A stretch of DNA of 64,000 nt from Balanoglossus misakiensis (GCA_040954595.2 CM082582.2:5440303-5504302); one strand, 5' to 3'; shown: positions 1-15,200, counted from the stretch's first letter. Numbers and translations are program-made. The notes: generated from the sequence alone by a model not told the origin.

Positions 1-216
1 CAAACAATGCAAGCATTCTGTCATCATATTTTAAAAGATTATCTGTCCTCGGCTGACCCTTTTCAATGGTTTTTATTCCGAACGCCAAAAAACATTTCAT
101 TTTGTCAAATGGGAATACTTATCTTCAAGAAACTTAGAACAAACATGCAAAAGATAGCTTTGGGGACTTGATTGATAACTATTTCAAAATTCTGATTCAA
201 CCATTTTGTTCTCTAG

Positions 217-2864
217 GACGAGAAAAACCAGCTGTTAACGACAAGCTGCTGGGTTGAACAGGTAAGTTCTCATTGCTTTTGAACGGACACGTTCATGAAT
301 CTTCACCTACAGATTTGGCGCACATAGCCAAATTACACCCCTCCTCGAGAAGACATACAGATATTTATATAATTTGATAACAGCCGCTCATTCAATAACG
401 TTTTTTTCATTCAAATTTCACCGAGTCGAATCAATTAATTGGTATACTTTGTGCATGCGTGCAACAATTCTATTCAATATGTACATGGACGTACATGTAC
501 ATACATGTTTGGGGTTCGGGTTATAAGTTGAATTTGGTTTGCTGTAGCCCAAATTGGACTAGGCAGACGACAGTTTTGCCTACACTTTCCCGCTCTTCTA
601 ACCGATCTTTTTATCAATTTTAGGTCTGGTTTGATTATCAACTACAATGGGATCCTGCCCAATTCCACAACATTTCAACTATTGTTGTTCCCTACGACTG
701 GGTGTGGAGACCAGATATTGTGCTTGACAACAGGTAAGTTATTGACTACGTCTGATCAGAAAAAAAACATGTGATCCAACAGGTACAGAATCACCGTAGT
801 GTGTGTGCATCTATTGCATGTATCACACTTATATAGACCAGATAGACAATTAACATTTACTGGTGTATAGTGTACGTCATCAAGTGCATGGTGGTGAACT
901 TTCAGCGTATAGACGTCTAATGAAACATTTGCGATGGGTAATCAGCACTTTCGTAATGTCCTTCTGGGTAACATTATGATACCTCCATACACGGAAATCA
1001 TGACGAGAGATGAGTCAATATACCCAGGCGATTATTGCCAGTCTAGTTTACATGTTTCCTGAGCTCGTGATTTTAGCCGACGAATGCTTCACTACTGGGA
1101 TTGTTATGTTAGTAGATCAGTACCGATCATGGTGCCAGATCTCACATGGGTGCAGATAAGAGATTTACCAAGATGCGGTACAAGAACTTCTGTAGATTCT
1201 TCTGGATGAGTACGACAAACATCAACATCGTCATTGCTTCTACATTATATAGTTTGTTAATTCCCCGCGTAGCTTAAACTTTGGCGACTTGCATAGGTTA
1301 CTTATACAGATTCATTTATGATTTCATATCATCTTTTTTTTCAGTGGAAATGGAAAATACGAGATCCCACCTCCCCAGTATTTGACATTAGAATACACGG
1401 GTAATGTTTACTACTCGCCACCTGCTGTGTTTGTGACGCCGTGCACCATGAACATCCAGTTCTTCCCGTTTGATATTCAGACGTGCAACATCGCGTTTGG
1501 ACCGTGGGAGTACACGGATCAGGAGGTCTTGCTGAAGCCAGAGGCAAAAACGGTCATCCGAGAGAAGTACACCAAGAACACCGAGTGGGATATCATCTCT
1601 ACCGCCGTCAAACAGCACAAGGAGATTTCGCAGTGTTGCCCCGGAGAGGAGTTCAGCCTCCTCGTCTGCACGGTGGTGTTGAAAAGAAACCACCTGTACT
1701 ACACTCTGAACATCACGGCGCCCTGCGTGCTGATGACCGTGCTCTGCCTGATTGTGTTCTGTCTGCCGCCGGACTCCGGCGAGAAGATGTCGTTCAGCAT
1801 GTCGCTGCTGATCGCCTCGTCGGTGTTCAACCTGATGGTGGCCGACATCATGCCGGTGACGTCGGACACCGTGCCCATGCTGATACGCTATCTGCTGTTC
1901 AACATGTTCCTGGTGGCGGGCTCGATATGCGTCAGCGTCATCGTCCTGAGGCTGCACTACCGCCCGCCGTACAACCGGCGCATGGCGCGCTGGAAGAGAA
2001 AACTCTTCCTCTACGTCCTGCCACGGATGTTATGCATGAAATTGAGACCAAATGTGGAGAAACGTAACCGCGCGGGTGGAATCAACAAACATTTCCCGGA
2101 GGAGAACGACTTCTGTTGTCCGTCCAGGAACTCCGATTACCTTCAAGACGTGATACTCCGGAGCCCGAGTCATATCGACAAACCCCGTGAACCGAACGGC
2201 ATTCCGAGGTCAAGATCGCTCACGTCAAGACTAACCACTCGCCACTCTGAAAGCTGTGACATGATGAAAGCGATTCAGGAAATATCTGACAATTTTATCT
2301 CCCTCAAAGATAGAATGGACCGAAAGGAAATCGAAGAACAGGTGCTGTATATCCTTCCTTCGTTAGTTTAACTATGCTAGAGAGTGAGTGAGTGAGTGAG
2401 TGAGTGAGTGAGTGAGTGAGTGAGTGAGTGAGTGAGTGAGTGAGTGAGTGAGTGAGTGAGTGAGTGAGTGAGTGAGTGAGTGAGTGAGTGAGTGAGTGAG
2501 TGAGTGAGTGAGTGAGTGAGTGAGTGAGTGAGTGAGTTGTTGTTGCTGTTGTTGTTGTTGTTTCTTTAGACAAATGAATAAAAAATAAATACATAAATAG
2601 ATAAATAACAAAAAAAGCAGAATCATCCCTGCTTTCGAGTCTTTGTTTCCAAAGATTACATTCATGGTTTATATACGTGTTGTGTACTATTTCAAATTTT
2701 GTTGGACTGACGTACAGACATCTATGTTGCAGATGCTGGAAGAATGGAAGTATCTGGCGGCGGTGGTCGACCGGATATTTCTGTGGATTGCGTTGATAGC
2801 ACTGGTTGTGTCAATCGTTACTTTTCTCGCCGAGACTGCACAATATCCCGTCATCGAAGAATGA
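217..2864 (+). CDS. Cys-loop ligand-gated cation channel, nAChR-like alpha-type subunit (gene R1; 5' exons lie before the window)
   Basis: Exons 217-261 (DEKNQLLTTSCWVEQ), 624-733 (WFDYQLQWDP...WRPDIVLDN), 1345-2341 and 2733-2864, all GT-AG and phase-consistent. Cys-loop CTMNIQFFPFDIQTC, vicinal Cys in loop C (SQCCPGE), PPDSGEK before M2, M4 WKYLAAVVDRIFLW, TGA at 2862-2864. Confidence 0.93.
2381..2536. repeat. (GAGT)n microsatellite in last intron of R1
   Basis: Perfect GAGT tandem array followed by a short (GTT)n tract. Confidence 0.97.
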
Positions 2865-5800
2865 GGGCGCTATCCGCTTTGTGTGTGTCTGTGTGTCTGT
2901 GTTTATTGTCGTTTCATATTATAGTGAGCACCTTCACACCTGGACGATTTTCAAGTGTTACAATTAATAAACTAATAATTAAACATCAATATGTTGATGT
3001 GACAATGGTGTATATAGTCTGTGACTGCATCATAATGGATATGACGATTGGAGCGACGAAAGCAACTCGAGGAAATCACGAAGTTTTGACACACTAGTTG
3101 CGCATGCGCAGTACTTTTGGCACGCTGGTTTTGTGGACCGCCGCCATTTTGAACGTTCGAAATGGAAAGCTTAGCCGACGAACATGAGATTAAAACTGAT
3201 GATTCTCCGATGACCATTGCGATATTTCCGATAACAACGGGTTTCTTGACGAGTAATACAAGTCAAGCTTTGTATAAAAATAGAATAGTTGCACGTTTTA
3301 ACAAAAAAATGTAATTTTTGTACCGTTAACCCGATCGGCCATATGTTTGTCCTTTGTCGCATGAATATTCCCCATCATAGAAACTGCTAATAGCCAAGCA
3401 AAATCTCGGAGGGCCTCGTGCAGTTCGGAAAATGGGAATATCCAGATTGGTGTATTAGATTGTTTTAGAAACTTTTTATTCGATGTCATCGCTGCTGGTG
3501 AACATTTTGAAAGTTTGCTACTCATAAACGTTGATAGATGACAATCTGTTGTTCTGCTTTGAGTGGTGACACAGTCGTAATGGAAACATAATTTATGAAG
3601 TGTAAATCTCTTGAGCCCAGGCATTCTTTCAATTTCAAGGAGTTTATGTAGCACATATGTAGTTTTTCCTTCTATATGACGCATTCTACGCGCCACTTTT
3701 GTCTCCTGACAATGTCAACTGTCTCCCACTGAAATTGACGAACTATCATAAATGCAGCGTTAACCTAATGCTGTTGTAATGGATTTGACGGAAGGGTTTT
3801 CACGTAAATTCGAAATAGTACAATTAGTGGATCCTAAAGTGACATGGAACCAATGGACAATGATACGTGTGTGACGGGCTGGGTCGATCGGCGGCATTGG
3901 TTTTCGGGAAAGATAAAAGAAACATCAACTTTTCAGTTGTCATATAAATGTAAATTGCACAACTTACTTTCCATTTGGCAATAAATTGTGTGTTTTTCAC
4001 AAAGTCTAGTCTTTTGCAGTATTCAGTAATAAAGTGTTAACTATCGCAATAAACATGTGTTGTTTTGTGAAAGAGAGCGGCGGTGAGTTCTTCAGTGTCA
4101 CTAGAAAAATGCGGCGGCCATAACTGTGAGAAGAAATGCCCCGCAATATTCAAGGCCAATGTAATGTTAATTTCCATAAGCAATTAGCATGACATCTATA
4201 CAAACTGAACAGTGCCTGGCAATTATTGTTATTGATCACTCTCTATAAATGTGTCTGCTGAGTCATGTTTCACTGAGTGGTTTACATTGGCCCCCATTAG
4301 TTGAACTCTTTTGCACCACCATCCCAGAGATGAACTTTCTTACTTTTAGCAATGCCGATTACAGTCACCAGCGGGCGCTCTTTCAAATAGGTTTTCATGT
4401 TGGTACTGGAGTTTTCCTAGCGACAATAATTTATCATTAATTATAATAATTATTGAAAGAATTAGGCCCAGATATGATTACAGCTCTTTATCAGCACACA
4501 AGTTTCACTTACTACGTGAGCGTATATATTAATGCTACGCAGGAACACTCGAATGTAGAGGTCAAAATTGTGAAAGCTTTCTTACGTCAAGCCTGGGGCC
4601 CCTTTGCAAACACAATAATTCGACATAGACAGATAATGAAAACGAAAAATACAGACTATAACACACGGCTTTATTTATAGAATTTAGAGAGATATGTTTT
4701 CACTGCAAAGATACGGACGATAACACTATAAATTTGCCCGGTGTGCCCTTGAAGCCCCGAGTGCTGTCACTTGAACTTCCTCCTTATCCTCGGCTGACAT
4801 ATGAAACCATTTTTAATTTATGAAGATTCTAATACTTGTGCACATACATTGATAGACGTATACTCCTTGACATTATGTTGTTCTACTTCCGGGTCAGCCA
4901 CAGAAAACAGTTTAAATTTACTGAGATGACATTCCAATATTAGACGCGGAAATGGCTTCGTTCGTTGATTATCTTGCGTTAATGGTGATTATAAAAATTA
5001 AACAATCCAAAACAATTATTTATAGGAGGAATATTTGGACGGTTGTCACTGACAACCGTTTCGCTTAAGTTACTCTATGCCATTTTCATCAACAACCAAC
5101 ACTCAAAATAACAGTCGATTGCTAAAATTTCCCCTTGAAATAATGTTCATTAATTTTGCATGACGTTTGTTATATATGGTAGAAAACTTGGGTGGCGATC
5201 AGAACTAATCGAGTCTTGGGTTGCTGTCGAAACAATAAGTCTAACAATAAGAGTATTTCTAGACAAGGTATTGACGAGTCATGAGACATTATTTTGCTAG
5301 CTTCCATAACAGACAAAACATGCAATCAAATTATGAACCATAAATCGTTGGAGTAACGAATACTGGGAGTATAGAACGACAGTATATTTAATTAATGCAT
5401 CAATGAATAAATTAACGCACCCAATAAATAATCCACTTCATTACTGTCATTTTACAGCGATGGGCTTCGGTCCGTGACTTCTGTTATGTTTTCATTACTA
5501 TTGCTTATTCGTATACGACTATGCTTTAGCCATTTTGTATAGAGCTATACTACCGCTACCGTTTGCATCGGCTCAGTGGAATTTGAAGACGATTGTATAT
5601 TAGACGACAAAGGTAACAAGTGGGCTTATTTTGATTCTGTTAACATCAACTGTATACTTTCAGTAAATCAAGTGTGTTCCAAAGAAGGTCAGCGAGATGA
5701 ACAAGCGTTAGGATATTTGTTTAGGAGCTTCTCGTTTGTACTAATAAGGAGTCAGTGAACAGTTCGTGTAGTCTGCAGTGACGTTGCTATTGATTAACAC

Positions 5801-6260
5801 GAATGCCTCACAAAGGTATGCGTACACTCATCACATACATATGTGTGTCGGTTAAACGGAGCATAGATAAGAGGTGCACGGAAGTCTAGTCAGAATGTGC
5901 CCTCATATCGCCTGGAACAGTCCCTTCAATAATGTGTGTTACATTTTACTACGTTTGTCGAAAGCCACATTTCACAAGTATCGCTCAAAATTAATGTACA
6001 TGTAATTTTTTTATCGTACTTGTATTTATTGTACCAACATTGTTCTAATCCCTACAGAATGTTAAGATGCCCAGTATATTGTGCTTGTCGTATCACTTTA
6101 CGTTCATTCCTGTAAAAAACTATTGTCCTATGAATCTGCTCTACTTATATATAAAAATGTCATATTTATCTATCAAAGGGCACAGGCTTCAACATTTCAA
6201 CGGATCCACTGGAAATACATTAAATATTGTACACGGCGTGACCGGCATTTACAATCAGAG

Positions 6261-9200
6261 ATGGCCGTGGTCAGTGTCCTGCTTGCAAGCTTTTTCATCT
6301 TTGCTCTTCATACCCAACTCCGAGGTAAGTCGAAGTGTACCTTTTCATTAAAAAATCCCTACGTGCAAACTCTTCTTGCTTTTGACACAACTAAATAATA
6401 AGTATGATGAACCAACGTTTTCATTTTTATTTCATGGAAAGCTATAGCGTCTAAAATCTAAAGCTCTTATCATCGTCTGATGATATACATAATACATGTA
6501 ATGTAAGTTCAAATCGACCCTCGTGGTGACCATCTGTTTGTCTGGGTCCTTGGGATATTTTCTTGGATATCTGGCTGAAATTCATCAGTGTTGTAAACTT
6601 TTTATACCGTTCAACAGCAAACCTTATTGATGTTAGAACACAATGTAGGAGTATGGTACATACTACTTCCAGCCCTACTCTCACAATTCAGAGACTATAC
6701 TTTATTGTTGATTTTAACATTTGCAGAGGTTTGGTGTAGTGACGAAGAAAGAGGGCTTATACGTTACCTGTTTAAGGACCAAGTATACGACAAGAATGTC
6801 CGCCCAGTTGTGCATTACCGCGAGCCGCTAGAGCTGGGGATCGGTTTGACTGTTAGACAAGTCATCGATGTGGTGAGTCTCGCCAGAAATTTTGAAATTG
6901 ACAAAATTGTCATTTATAATCATGCAGCGCCCCAATAAGTAACACACGCCGTCTTTCGCCACTATGATTATTTCTCTCCAAAAAAAATTTCAACTCAAAT
7001 CAGATATAAAAAATCGAAATTGAAATAAATTATGTTACACGTTACGAGTGATTCCATCTTGTGTCGTGGTGTGGTGTGGTGTGGTGAGGTGTAGAAAATG
7101 TACCTCGATGGATATTCAACAGTAAACGGTCTTGATGAAAAAAGTTCGACACTCGCTATGAATCGCTTGGATAATAAGACTCTATCCTAGTTAATGTTTA
7201 AATAAGTCCAATTGGTGGTGCCCTACTGATGTTGACTTACAAGATGAATGTGGGCCATTTTTACAATAGGAATTACAACATTAATGCTGAATTTTTTGTT
7301 TGTCTTACAGGAGGAAAGAACCCAAATAATGAAGACAAATTGCTGGGTGGAGCTTGTAAGTATTTCAGAACCTGACAACTGAACGGTTCTCGTTGTTGTA
7401 TAGAAACGGCTTGCAAGTAATCTTGTTTATAGAATTCTGCTTGTGTATGATTTGTATTACTGTGACAATCGCACGACGTCGGGTGTTCTCCCCTAATTAA
7501 TAGCTGCAAAGGTCAGATTACTTAATTGTGTACATTTTTTCACGCCCTAGCTAATTATGTGGCGCAGCAAACCATAACTGTGCCTGTTATTTACCACTAA
7601 TAACCCAAACTTGAAATATTATAGCATATTTTGATAACTCCAATTAAACAACGTCAATTCATCCGCCTAATTAAACACCTGCTCACCTCTTTTGGGTTTT
7701 GTACATTCAGATACTTTTATAATTTCTCGAATCTGGACATTAAATATCTTAACTTGATGTAGCAAATTATTTACTTTGGGAGTGTCTTGCTGGAAAGAAT
7801 CGTTTCCTTTCCCTCATCGCATGCTGCGTACTACTTGAATGCACAGAAATCCCAAACAAATGCATGAACTCGTGTTTATATTCAATATGGAATGCAAGAT
7901 CGTTGTTACATTTTTTTTGTTATTACTGCGCTTTTAAACAGGAATGGGTTGACAATAATCTGAAGTGGGATCCTTCTAACTTCAGTGACATAACTAGCTT
8001 GATTTTACCATCGGATAAAATATGGATACCGGACATTGCTCTTATTGACAGGTAATAGCTATTAGAAACATATACTTGTCTGAAATTTCATAATGGTCAG
8101 GAGCAAATATTCAATTGTAACTCACTTACAACCAGGACAATCAAAATATATCACAAATGATATAGTTGTCAGTACATGCAATAATATTCTTTATGAATCA
8201 GTATACTAACAAGTCTTATGTTCTTTAGATTATATTCTCGTTGATATAAATGAAATGTCACATTATAGGATGGCTTAATATTCTGTCTTTGTTTTATGTG
8301 TGTTAAAGTATACACGTTTTAACATTGGTGTTCTGGGATTCATTCCAGCGTTAGTGGCCAGTATACGTTACCGGAAATTTCTACTGTCTACGCTTCGTCT
8401 GATGGAACTATCTACTATTCACCGCCGGTCATAGTGCAAACGCCGTGTCCAATCAATACGAGATACTTTCCCTTCGACGTACAGAGGTGTAATTTGACCT
8501 TTGGGCCGTGGGAACACACAACTCAATTGCTTGTGATGAAACCTAAAGATGCCACCGTGAAGAAAATACTGTTCATTGAAAACTCGGAGTGGAATTTCGT
8601 AGAATCGTCCGTACAAGTCGTCAATTATAGTGTGCCAGTGATTGGTGGGGACGAGTACAGTAAAGTGCAGTTCATTTTGGTGTTGCAGCACCGACCCCTC
8701 TACTACATCGTGAACATCATTTCGCCGTGTATTATACTGGCTGTATTAACACTCTCGGTTCTGACACTGCCCCCGGACTCTGGCGAGAAGATGTCGTTCA
8801 GCGTTTCTCTTTTAGTCTCCATATCTGTTTTGAATTTAATGGTTGCTGAGATCATACCCCCTACATCGGATGCAATACCTTTACTCGTTCAGTTCTTGTT
8901 ATTTAACCTATGCCTGGTCTCCATGTCGATTCTTGTGAGTGTGCTTGTATTGAGGATCCACCACCGACAGCCTCACCAACTGCGCATGGGCAGGTGGGTA
9001 GAAGCGGTTTTCATCAAGTATTTGCCCAAGATGCTCTGCATGCATCCGTATTCGGCGGCTGAGTTTGACTCCGCGGAAGAAAGCGTGGTCCGAGAGAGCT
9101 GTCGTTCGCTCCGCAACGCCTGGAGCGAAAATCACACCAACGCAGCCTTCAATCCGGACAGCGAGGCGCAGAGTCCGTCACGCGACACGAAGCTCTCAGT

Positions 9201-9672
9201 CGCGGAACGAGGAGTACATTCGCCCGACAGGGAAGCTGACGATACTCGTGGAATTTTAGACGAGATGGCGTACATGAGAGCGAACATAGAAAAGCAGCAA
9301 GAGGAAGAGCGGGTAAAATTATATATTCTTATATAGAAGCAGAAATGTCCTGTTCGAAATAATAAATGCCGCATATTTACAGCTGGACGTGTTTAATGTT
9401 AATTGTGTCTTGGGTACAAACGTTCCACTTCCATCCAATTGCTTCTTGTTATCTTACCACTGTAATATGTTGGGCTTCATCAAGCTCTGAACAGAAAATT
9501 AAGCTTGCATTTAAGTACGAACTTGTATTCTCTTTTTTCCATGCAGATGCTTGGGAAATGGAGATTCGTTGGCACGGTAATCGACCGGTTTTTCCTATAC
9601 ATCGCAGTAGTGGCCTATTCGACTGCGGCGATAGCGTTGTATTCGGACCCTAATCTACAATTTTACCTGTGA
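6261..9672 (+). CDS. nAChR-like non-alpha subunit (gene R2), 6 coding exons
   Basis: Exons 6261-6324 (signal peptide MAVVSVLLASFFIFAL), 6727-6872 (SDEERGLIRYLF...YDKNVRPV), 7311-7355, 7942-8051, 8349-9312 and 9547-9672. Cys-loop CPINTRYFPFDVQRC, no vicinal Cys in loop C, PPDSGEK, M4 WRFVGTVIDRFFL. Confidence 0.93.
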
Positions 9673-12291
9673 ATAATTTGATAATGCCTATATGTTATGT
9701 AAATGGATGCCGTCATTCTCCATACCTTAAATAGGTTTTTGCTACCTAGGTGAATGATGCAAATTTAATATGGCCGACACAATTTCAAGATGGCCGATTT
9801 TGCATGGATGTTCATAAGCTAAAGTGGTATTCGGTCATTCTGAAACTTTGTAAAAGAAAAAAACAAAATGGGTGAGTGTAAGAAATTTATCAGTGTGGGT
9901 TCAAACACTTCTGGTCAACTAGAAGAGTGTCCTTGACGCTATCATTTTGTATAAATTTCAACTTTCTCATAGAAGAAAAATAATGAGAATTGTTTGTAAC
10001 GGACCATGAACTTGGTGACTCAGTCGTAATTAATGTATTACCCAAATATCATATATGTGCATGTAGTTTATCAATGTCAAATCACTGTTTGATAACTTAC
10101 GATTGCAAACATAAGAAATGTCAATTTTGTATATGCTTTACACTGTATCACCACCAAGAATGTAACGATGTACAAAATGTTTCGCTATCAATTGTTCAAC
10201 CCTTGAACCTTTGAATATAGAAAGCCGTTGTACACTTGAATACAGAATTGTCATTTTCATAGACGTATTTTCACTTAAGTTTATATGTGGCGATTTTCAG
10301 TTTACATTAGGTTTTGAAGTACAAGAAATAACAGTTTTTTGACCTGTTTATATATGTAGACATAAGTGTTTGAATTTGAATTTGATATTTTATACCGTTA
10401 ATTTAAAACGTCTGTCACGTGATTTAAACGCACTTTATTTACAGCAGAGATCTACATATGTTAATTATCTTTTTACAAAGAAGCTATAGTCTCTAGTTAA
10501 ATTTGCCTATGAGTTTGAATGGTTCATGATATAAATGTGCTAGTTTCTAAGTGTGGTGTACAGTAGGCTGATTTGACGTAAAATAAATTGTACCTATGAT
10601 ATCCAAATGACATCTGTTATAACGTTTATTTTTTTTACAGATACTTAATCTTTTCCCAGCTTTCTTATTAATGGAACCAATCACGTCCAAAGATACAATC
10701 CATAGATACTTACTTTGGAAACCGGTTAAATATATGGAAGGAAATCACGTGGAATTACATTAACAATAACACTGTTAACGCCATGACACCAATTGTTTAG
10801 TAAATGTAATTTGCATAATCGCACGGTACTCTAAAGCATTGTAACCTATATGTCAAGACTGTGGTCTTTAATATTTGTTTTGTTATATATACAGCATGGC
10901 ATAAATTCTCGTCATTAGTAGGCATTCTATACTCATACGTCACATGTCGTCATTTGAAGGGTAGGTGGAGCATCGTCGTAAACCGCGTGCCTTTTTACGG
11001 CAACCAGTTACTGTGTTGCCAGAAGGGGTATAGAGAAAACCTTACAAGACCAATTTACACCAAAGCCAAATCACATAACCTTATCGAGCATATCATATCC
11101 CGGAACCCACGTATCACATGACCTGTAGGGGGAAAACCCTCTAAACCCTGCAGTTTCAAGATATAGACAATTGCTCCATATGATACAAAATAGGCTGCAA
11201 GAAAAACCGTGTCCGCAGTTTAACCCCGTACCCAGAACCATCACTCACGCAAACACTCGATCTTAATTTAATGTATTCCGATTACAGTAATGTGGTAAAT
11301 AGCAAAAAGCTAATACGTTATGTTAAAGACATTTCCCAACACCTCAGCATTGAAGAATAGAAGCATACAGTGTCACATTGGCTCTACCAAATAGAGAACA
11401 CGGTCGAGTAAGCCTGCGAGTAAATTAAAATCTGCACTGTACCACGAAGTTATTAGACGCAAGATTAAGGCAAGCTACTAATTGCCTAAACTCCCACGAG
11501 TATATGCAATAATGAAATTGTCTAGCAATTAGCACCATGCAAATGAGCACCATTCATGCTACATCCATCATACCGGCGTGCTTACTGAGTCAACATCAAA
11601 GAATAACGTCAACAACAGAATGCTGTCGAACTAAAGAGCGCCAATACAGACGACGAGTGTGCTGGGTGGAGCACGGCACTGACGGGTACGTATAGGAACG
11701 TTTTGTGTTTCCAGCCTTTTCCTCTCGTGTCATTTCCTCCTTGCTGTCTGGGATTTTTACTGCATCTGCTCACGTATGTTTTACTCCTTTTTTGTACCTT
11801 TGTCATAAATATTCCTCCGAAACAGGTAGGACGTGACTTACACTGAAGGTAAAGGCATAGGGGTGTGGACAGGGATGTCACCTTGCAACGCACGTATTTG
11901 GTTATAGAGAGTGAAAAATGAAAATGGCGTGTCAGTTGTATTGATGTGTTGTAAATTATTTATTTCTTTTCTGATCACTTTACTTTTCAGAAAAGACCAG
12001 ATAATGCTAAATGGTTTGTGGGTAATTGATACTGCAGTGTAGTCGTGTGTCACGCTCCTCAAAAAGTTATTTCACAATTCATATAACTTCTTAACAACGC
12101 ATTTATCATGTTGAAATCGTGTATTAACTGATAATCATTGATCTATTCACAAACATTGTCTTTAAATTCGGTCAAAAATAAGGAGTCTAGCAATTATGTT
12201 CAGTATTATCTTTTTTTTACAGGCAAACGTCATCGTCAGCAAGTAGTGTGGTCAACGTTCGTCTGGAATGTTCGGGTACCCACCTGAGGAG

Positions 12292-15200
12292 ATGCTGAAA
12301 CCAACGATCTTTATTAAAGTTTTTTACTGTTTAGCTGTGCACAGCCTCATATTAGGTTTGTATTTGATATTCCCTGAAAAAATCGGCGTTTTTTTTCAAA
12401 GTTTTCTTCTCCCAAAGTCGATCTACTACATCAGCTTTTGCTAAAATTATCGACAAATGTTTGATCGAGTCGATTAATGTTATCAAACATTTTCCTACAC
12501 TATTCTCTTCATTTCACTTTATATTGCTTGCTCTATATCAGAAATATCACTTCCACGCATGTGTCACACACATATATTTACCGCGTTCATAGTTGAACAA
12601 ATATTCTCATTGTATTAATATTCACATCACGTTTCTCATCCCCGCCATATGTATATCTCTGCTTTTTCCAAAAGTTGCTGGTAGTGACGAGGAAAGACGA
12701 CTACACAGCTACCTGTTTGACAATGGCTACAATAAAAATGTCCGCCCAGTGGCGAGCTTCAACCAATCGTTGGACTTGTTTTTCGGTTTGATGCTCCGTC
12801 AAGTTTTCGATGTCGTAAGTATATAGCACATGCGATTGTTTAGAAGAAGAACTTGAAAATTAACTTGTTAGTGTTTGAATCGCGCCACCTGCATGGCGAA
12901 GGACTGGAATGAATTTTTGTATTTGACATTTATTGTTACATTAGTAATTTGGTTAAAGCCCCTATAGCTGCCAAATGTCACATATTTTTTTACACAGTAA
13001 AATACTTCAAATATATTCCCTATCCTCTAAAATCCTCACCATTATTGCTAAAAGCAATATTACTTACATTTGCATCAGTTTGTCATCTCTTGGCGACGCA
13101 TACCACGATAGCTGCGTACACTATACTGTTTGGATGGAGGCTGATTAAATCAGTGCGACACCGTTTTAATACATAGCGTGTTCAAATTGCAACATGGAGT
13201 CACAATTGGGCATCGATAAGGTGTTCAAGTATACCTATCAGTAAGCTTATTTAGATGGATTTCGAAAATAAAATCATGAACATAATGCAAAAAGTGGCGG
13301 CTCTATAGAGGCTTTAAAACGTTCAAGCAATGGCGTCTTTGAATTATTGGTTTTCTAAGCCGATCACGATGAGCAGCGCCTGGTATAACATTTTTGTTGA
13401 ATTATATATAGACTGATCTCATATATCGTTTTTCATATACAAACTACAGTGGACCAAAGAGTGTATCTCATTTTTACTTCACAATGCCGCCTCTTTGTAT
13501 ATGACTATCACTATTGTTTGGCCCCGTTGTTTGCGTGCAGAAAGGTCACCCTTCGCTAATTTACTCAAGCACATTATACATTCAAACAGTCCGTCGACAT
13601 GGCAACTGTATACCGTTGGGGTAATAAAACATTAATTGGAAAATTGGAATGTAGATAGCAACGAACGTTGGAGAAGGTATACATATAGCATTTCTCATTG
13701 CAGGACGAGAAGAAACAAATTATCAAAACAAGTTGTTGGGCTCAGCACGTAAGTACATTAAATGTAAAGGGAAAATGAATCATATTAAATAAAAGATGCA
13801 CACTACTTTATCTAGTGTTCACGTTTTCTCAAATCACGTACATGTATGTGCTTTTTTAAAATAAATGTACAGCAAATTTGCCCCAACCTAATTATATTAT
13901 TCTTTGGGGTGGTCTACAAGGCATGGAATAAGCCACGGTCATGCAATTTGTGTCCGTCCGGTTTACATGTATATATGTGCTATACCCTATGTAATTGTAT
14001 AGGAGTGGACTGATTACAATCTCCAATGGGATCCATCAAACTTCAGTAATATAGAGTACATAGTGGTACCCTATGAATCGTTATGGAAACCAGATATTGC
14101 CCTGGACAATAGGTAAGGAGGTGTTTTGGTCAATTGATTGGTTGATCGATCGATCGATCGATAGAAGGTACCAGTGGATTAGCAATCTCCGAAAATAGGA
14201 ATTCAACTTGTGGATATCTGAAATAATGACACAATCTTGTTTAACACTGTCCCGCTGGCATTCACTTTGAGAACAGTATAAAACTAAATATTCTGCCAAT
14301 GGCCAGAGTAATTCAGTATTGATTTTTTATTCAGTCTTAGCGGCCAGCACACAATACCAAAACTGAGTGCGGTCTCACTGGGATACGACGGAACTGTCTA
14401 CTACACGCCTCCCGCCATTTTCGAAACGCCGTGTCCCATGAGCACGCGGTATTTTCCGTTCGACGTACAGCAGTGCCACCTCAACTTCGGTCCGTGGGAG
14501 CACACGACCGACATGATCTCCATGCGAGCCAGGAGCGACTTCGTCGGCCGGGACAACTACATCGAGAACTCGGAGTGGGACTTCCGCAATTCGACGGTGA
14601 GGTCGTTCGCCGAGGCGCTGTCGTCTGAACCGAGCGACGAGTACAGCCTGGTGGTGTGCACCCTGGTGTTGAAGCGGAGACCGCTGTACTACATCATCAA
14701 CATCGTTCTGCCGTGTCTCATCCTGGCGGTGTTGACTCTGATGGTTCTGAGCCTACCGCCGGACTCCGGGGAGAAGATGTCCTTCGGCGTCTCCCTCCTC
14801 ATCTCGCTGTCTGTGTTCAATCTCCTCGTGGCGGAAATCATCCCTCCGACGTCGGACAGCGTCCCCTTGATGGTACAGTTTCTCCTGTTCAACCTGACGC
14901 TGGTGTCGCTGTCCATCATCGTGAGCGTGGTCGTGTTGAGACTCCACCACCGCCAGCCGTACCAGCTGCGCATGGGTCCTTGCTTCGAAAGGGTCTTCGT
15001 CAAATTTCTACCCTCGCTGCTGTGCATGAGCCCGTCTCCACTGTCACAGGCGGCGCCCAATCAGATCGGAATTGATGCGAGCACCGTTTCCTTACCAACC
15101 AAGGATGCAGAGGAAGGATACATCAACATGGCTTTCGAGTCGACCAATCAAATGCAAGATGATAGGCGTTCTAAACCGACCAGCGCCAATGGCAAAAGAA

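Noticed and set aside
1388-2067. Long overlapping and antisense ORFs over R1 (also over R3, Gal3ST and D3, e.g. 62141-63187 +)
   Set aside because: Shadow ORFs caused by codon bias of the real exon; no recognisable motifs.
2304-2665. ORFs with THSL, QTDR/SVCL, IHSF or NQIKS repeats (also 28697-30488, 34261-34899, 54333-54593)
   Set aside because: Translations of microsatellites.
3090-4130. Possible transposon remnant downstream of R1
   Set aside because: I could not define termini, target duplication or a transposase motif.
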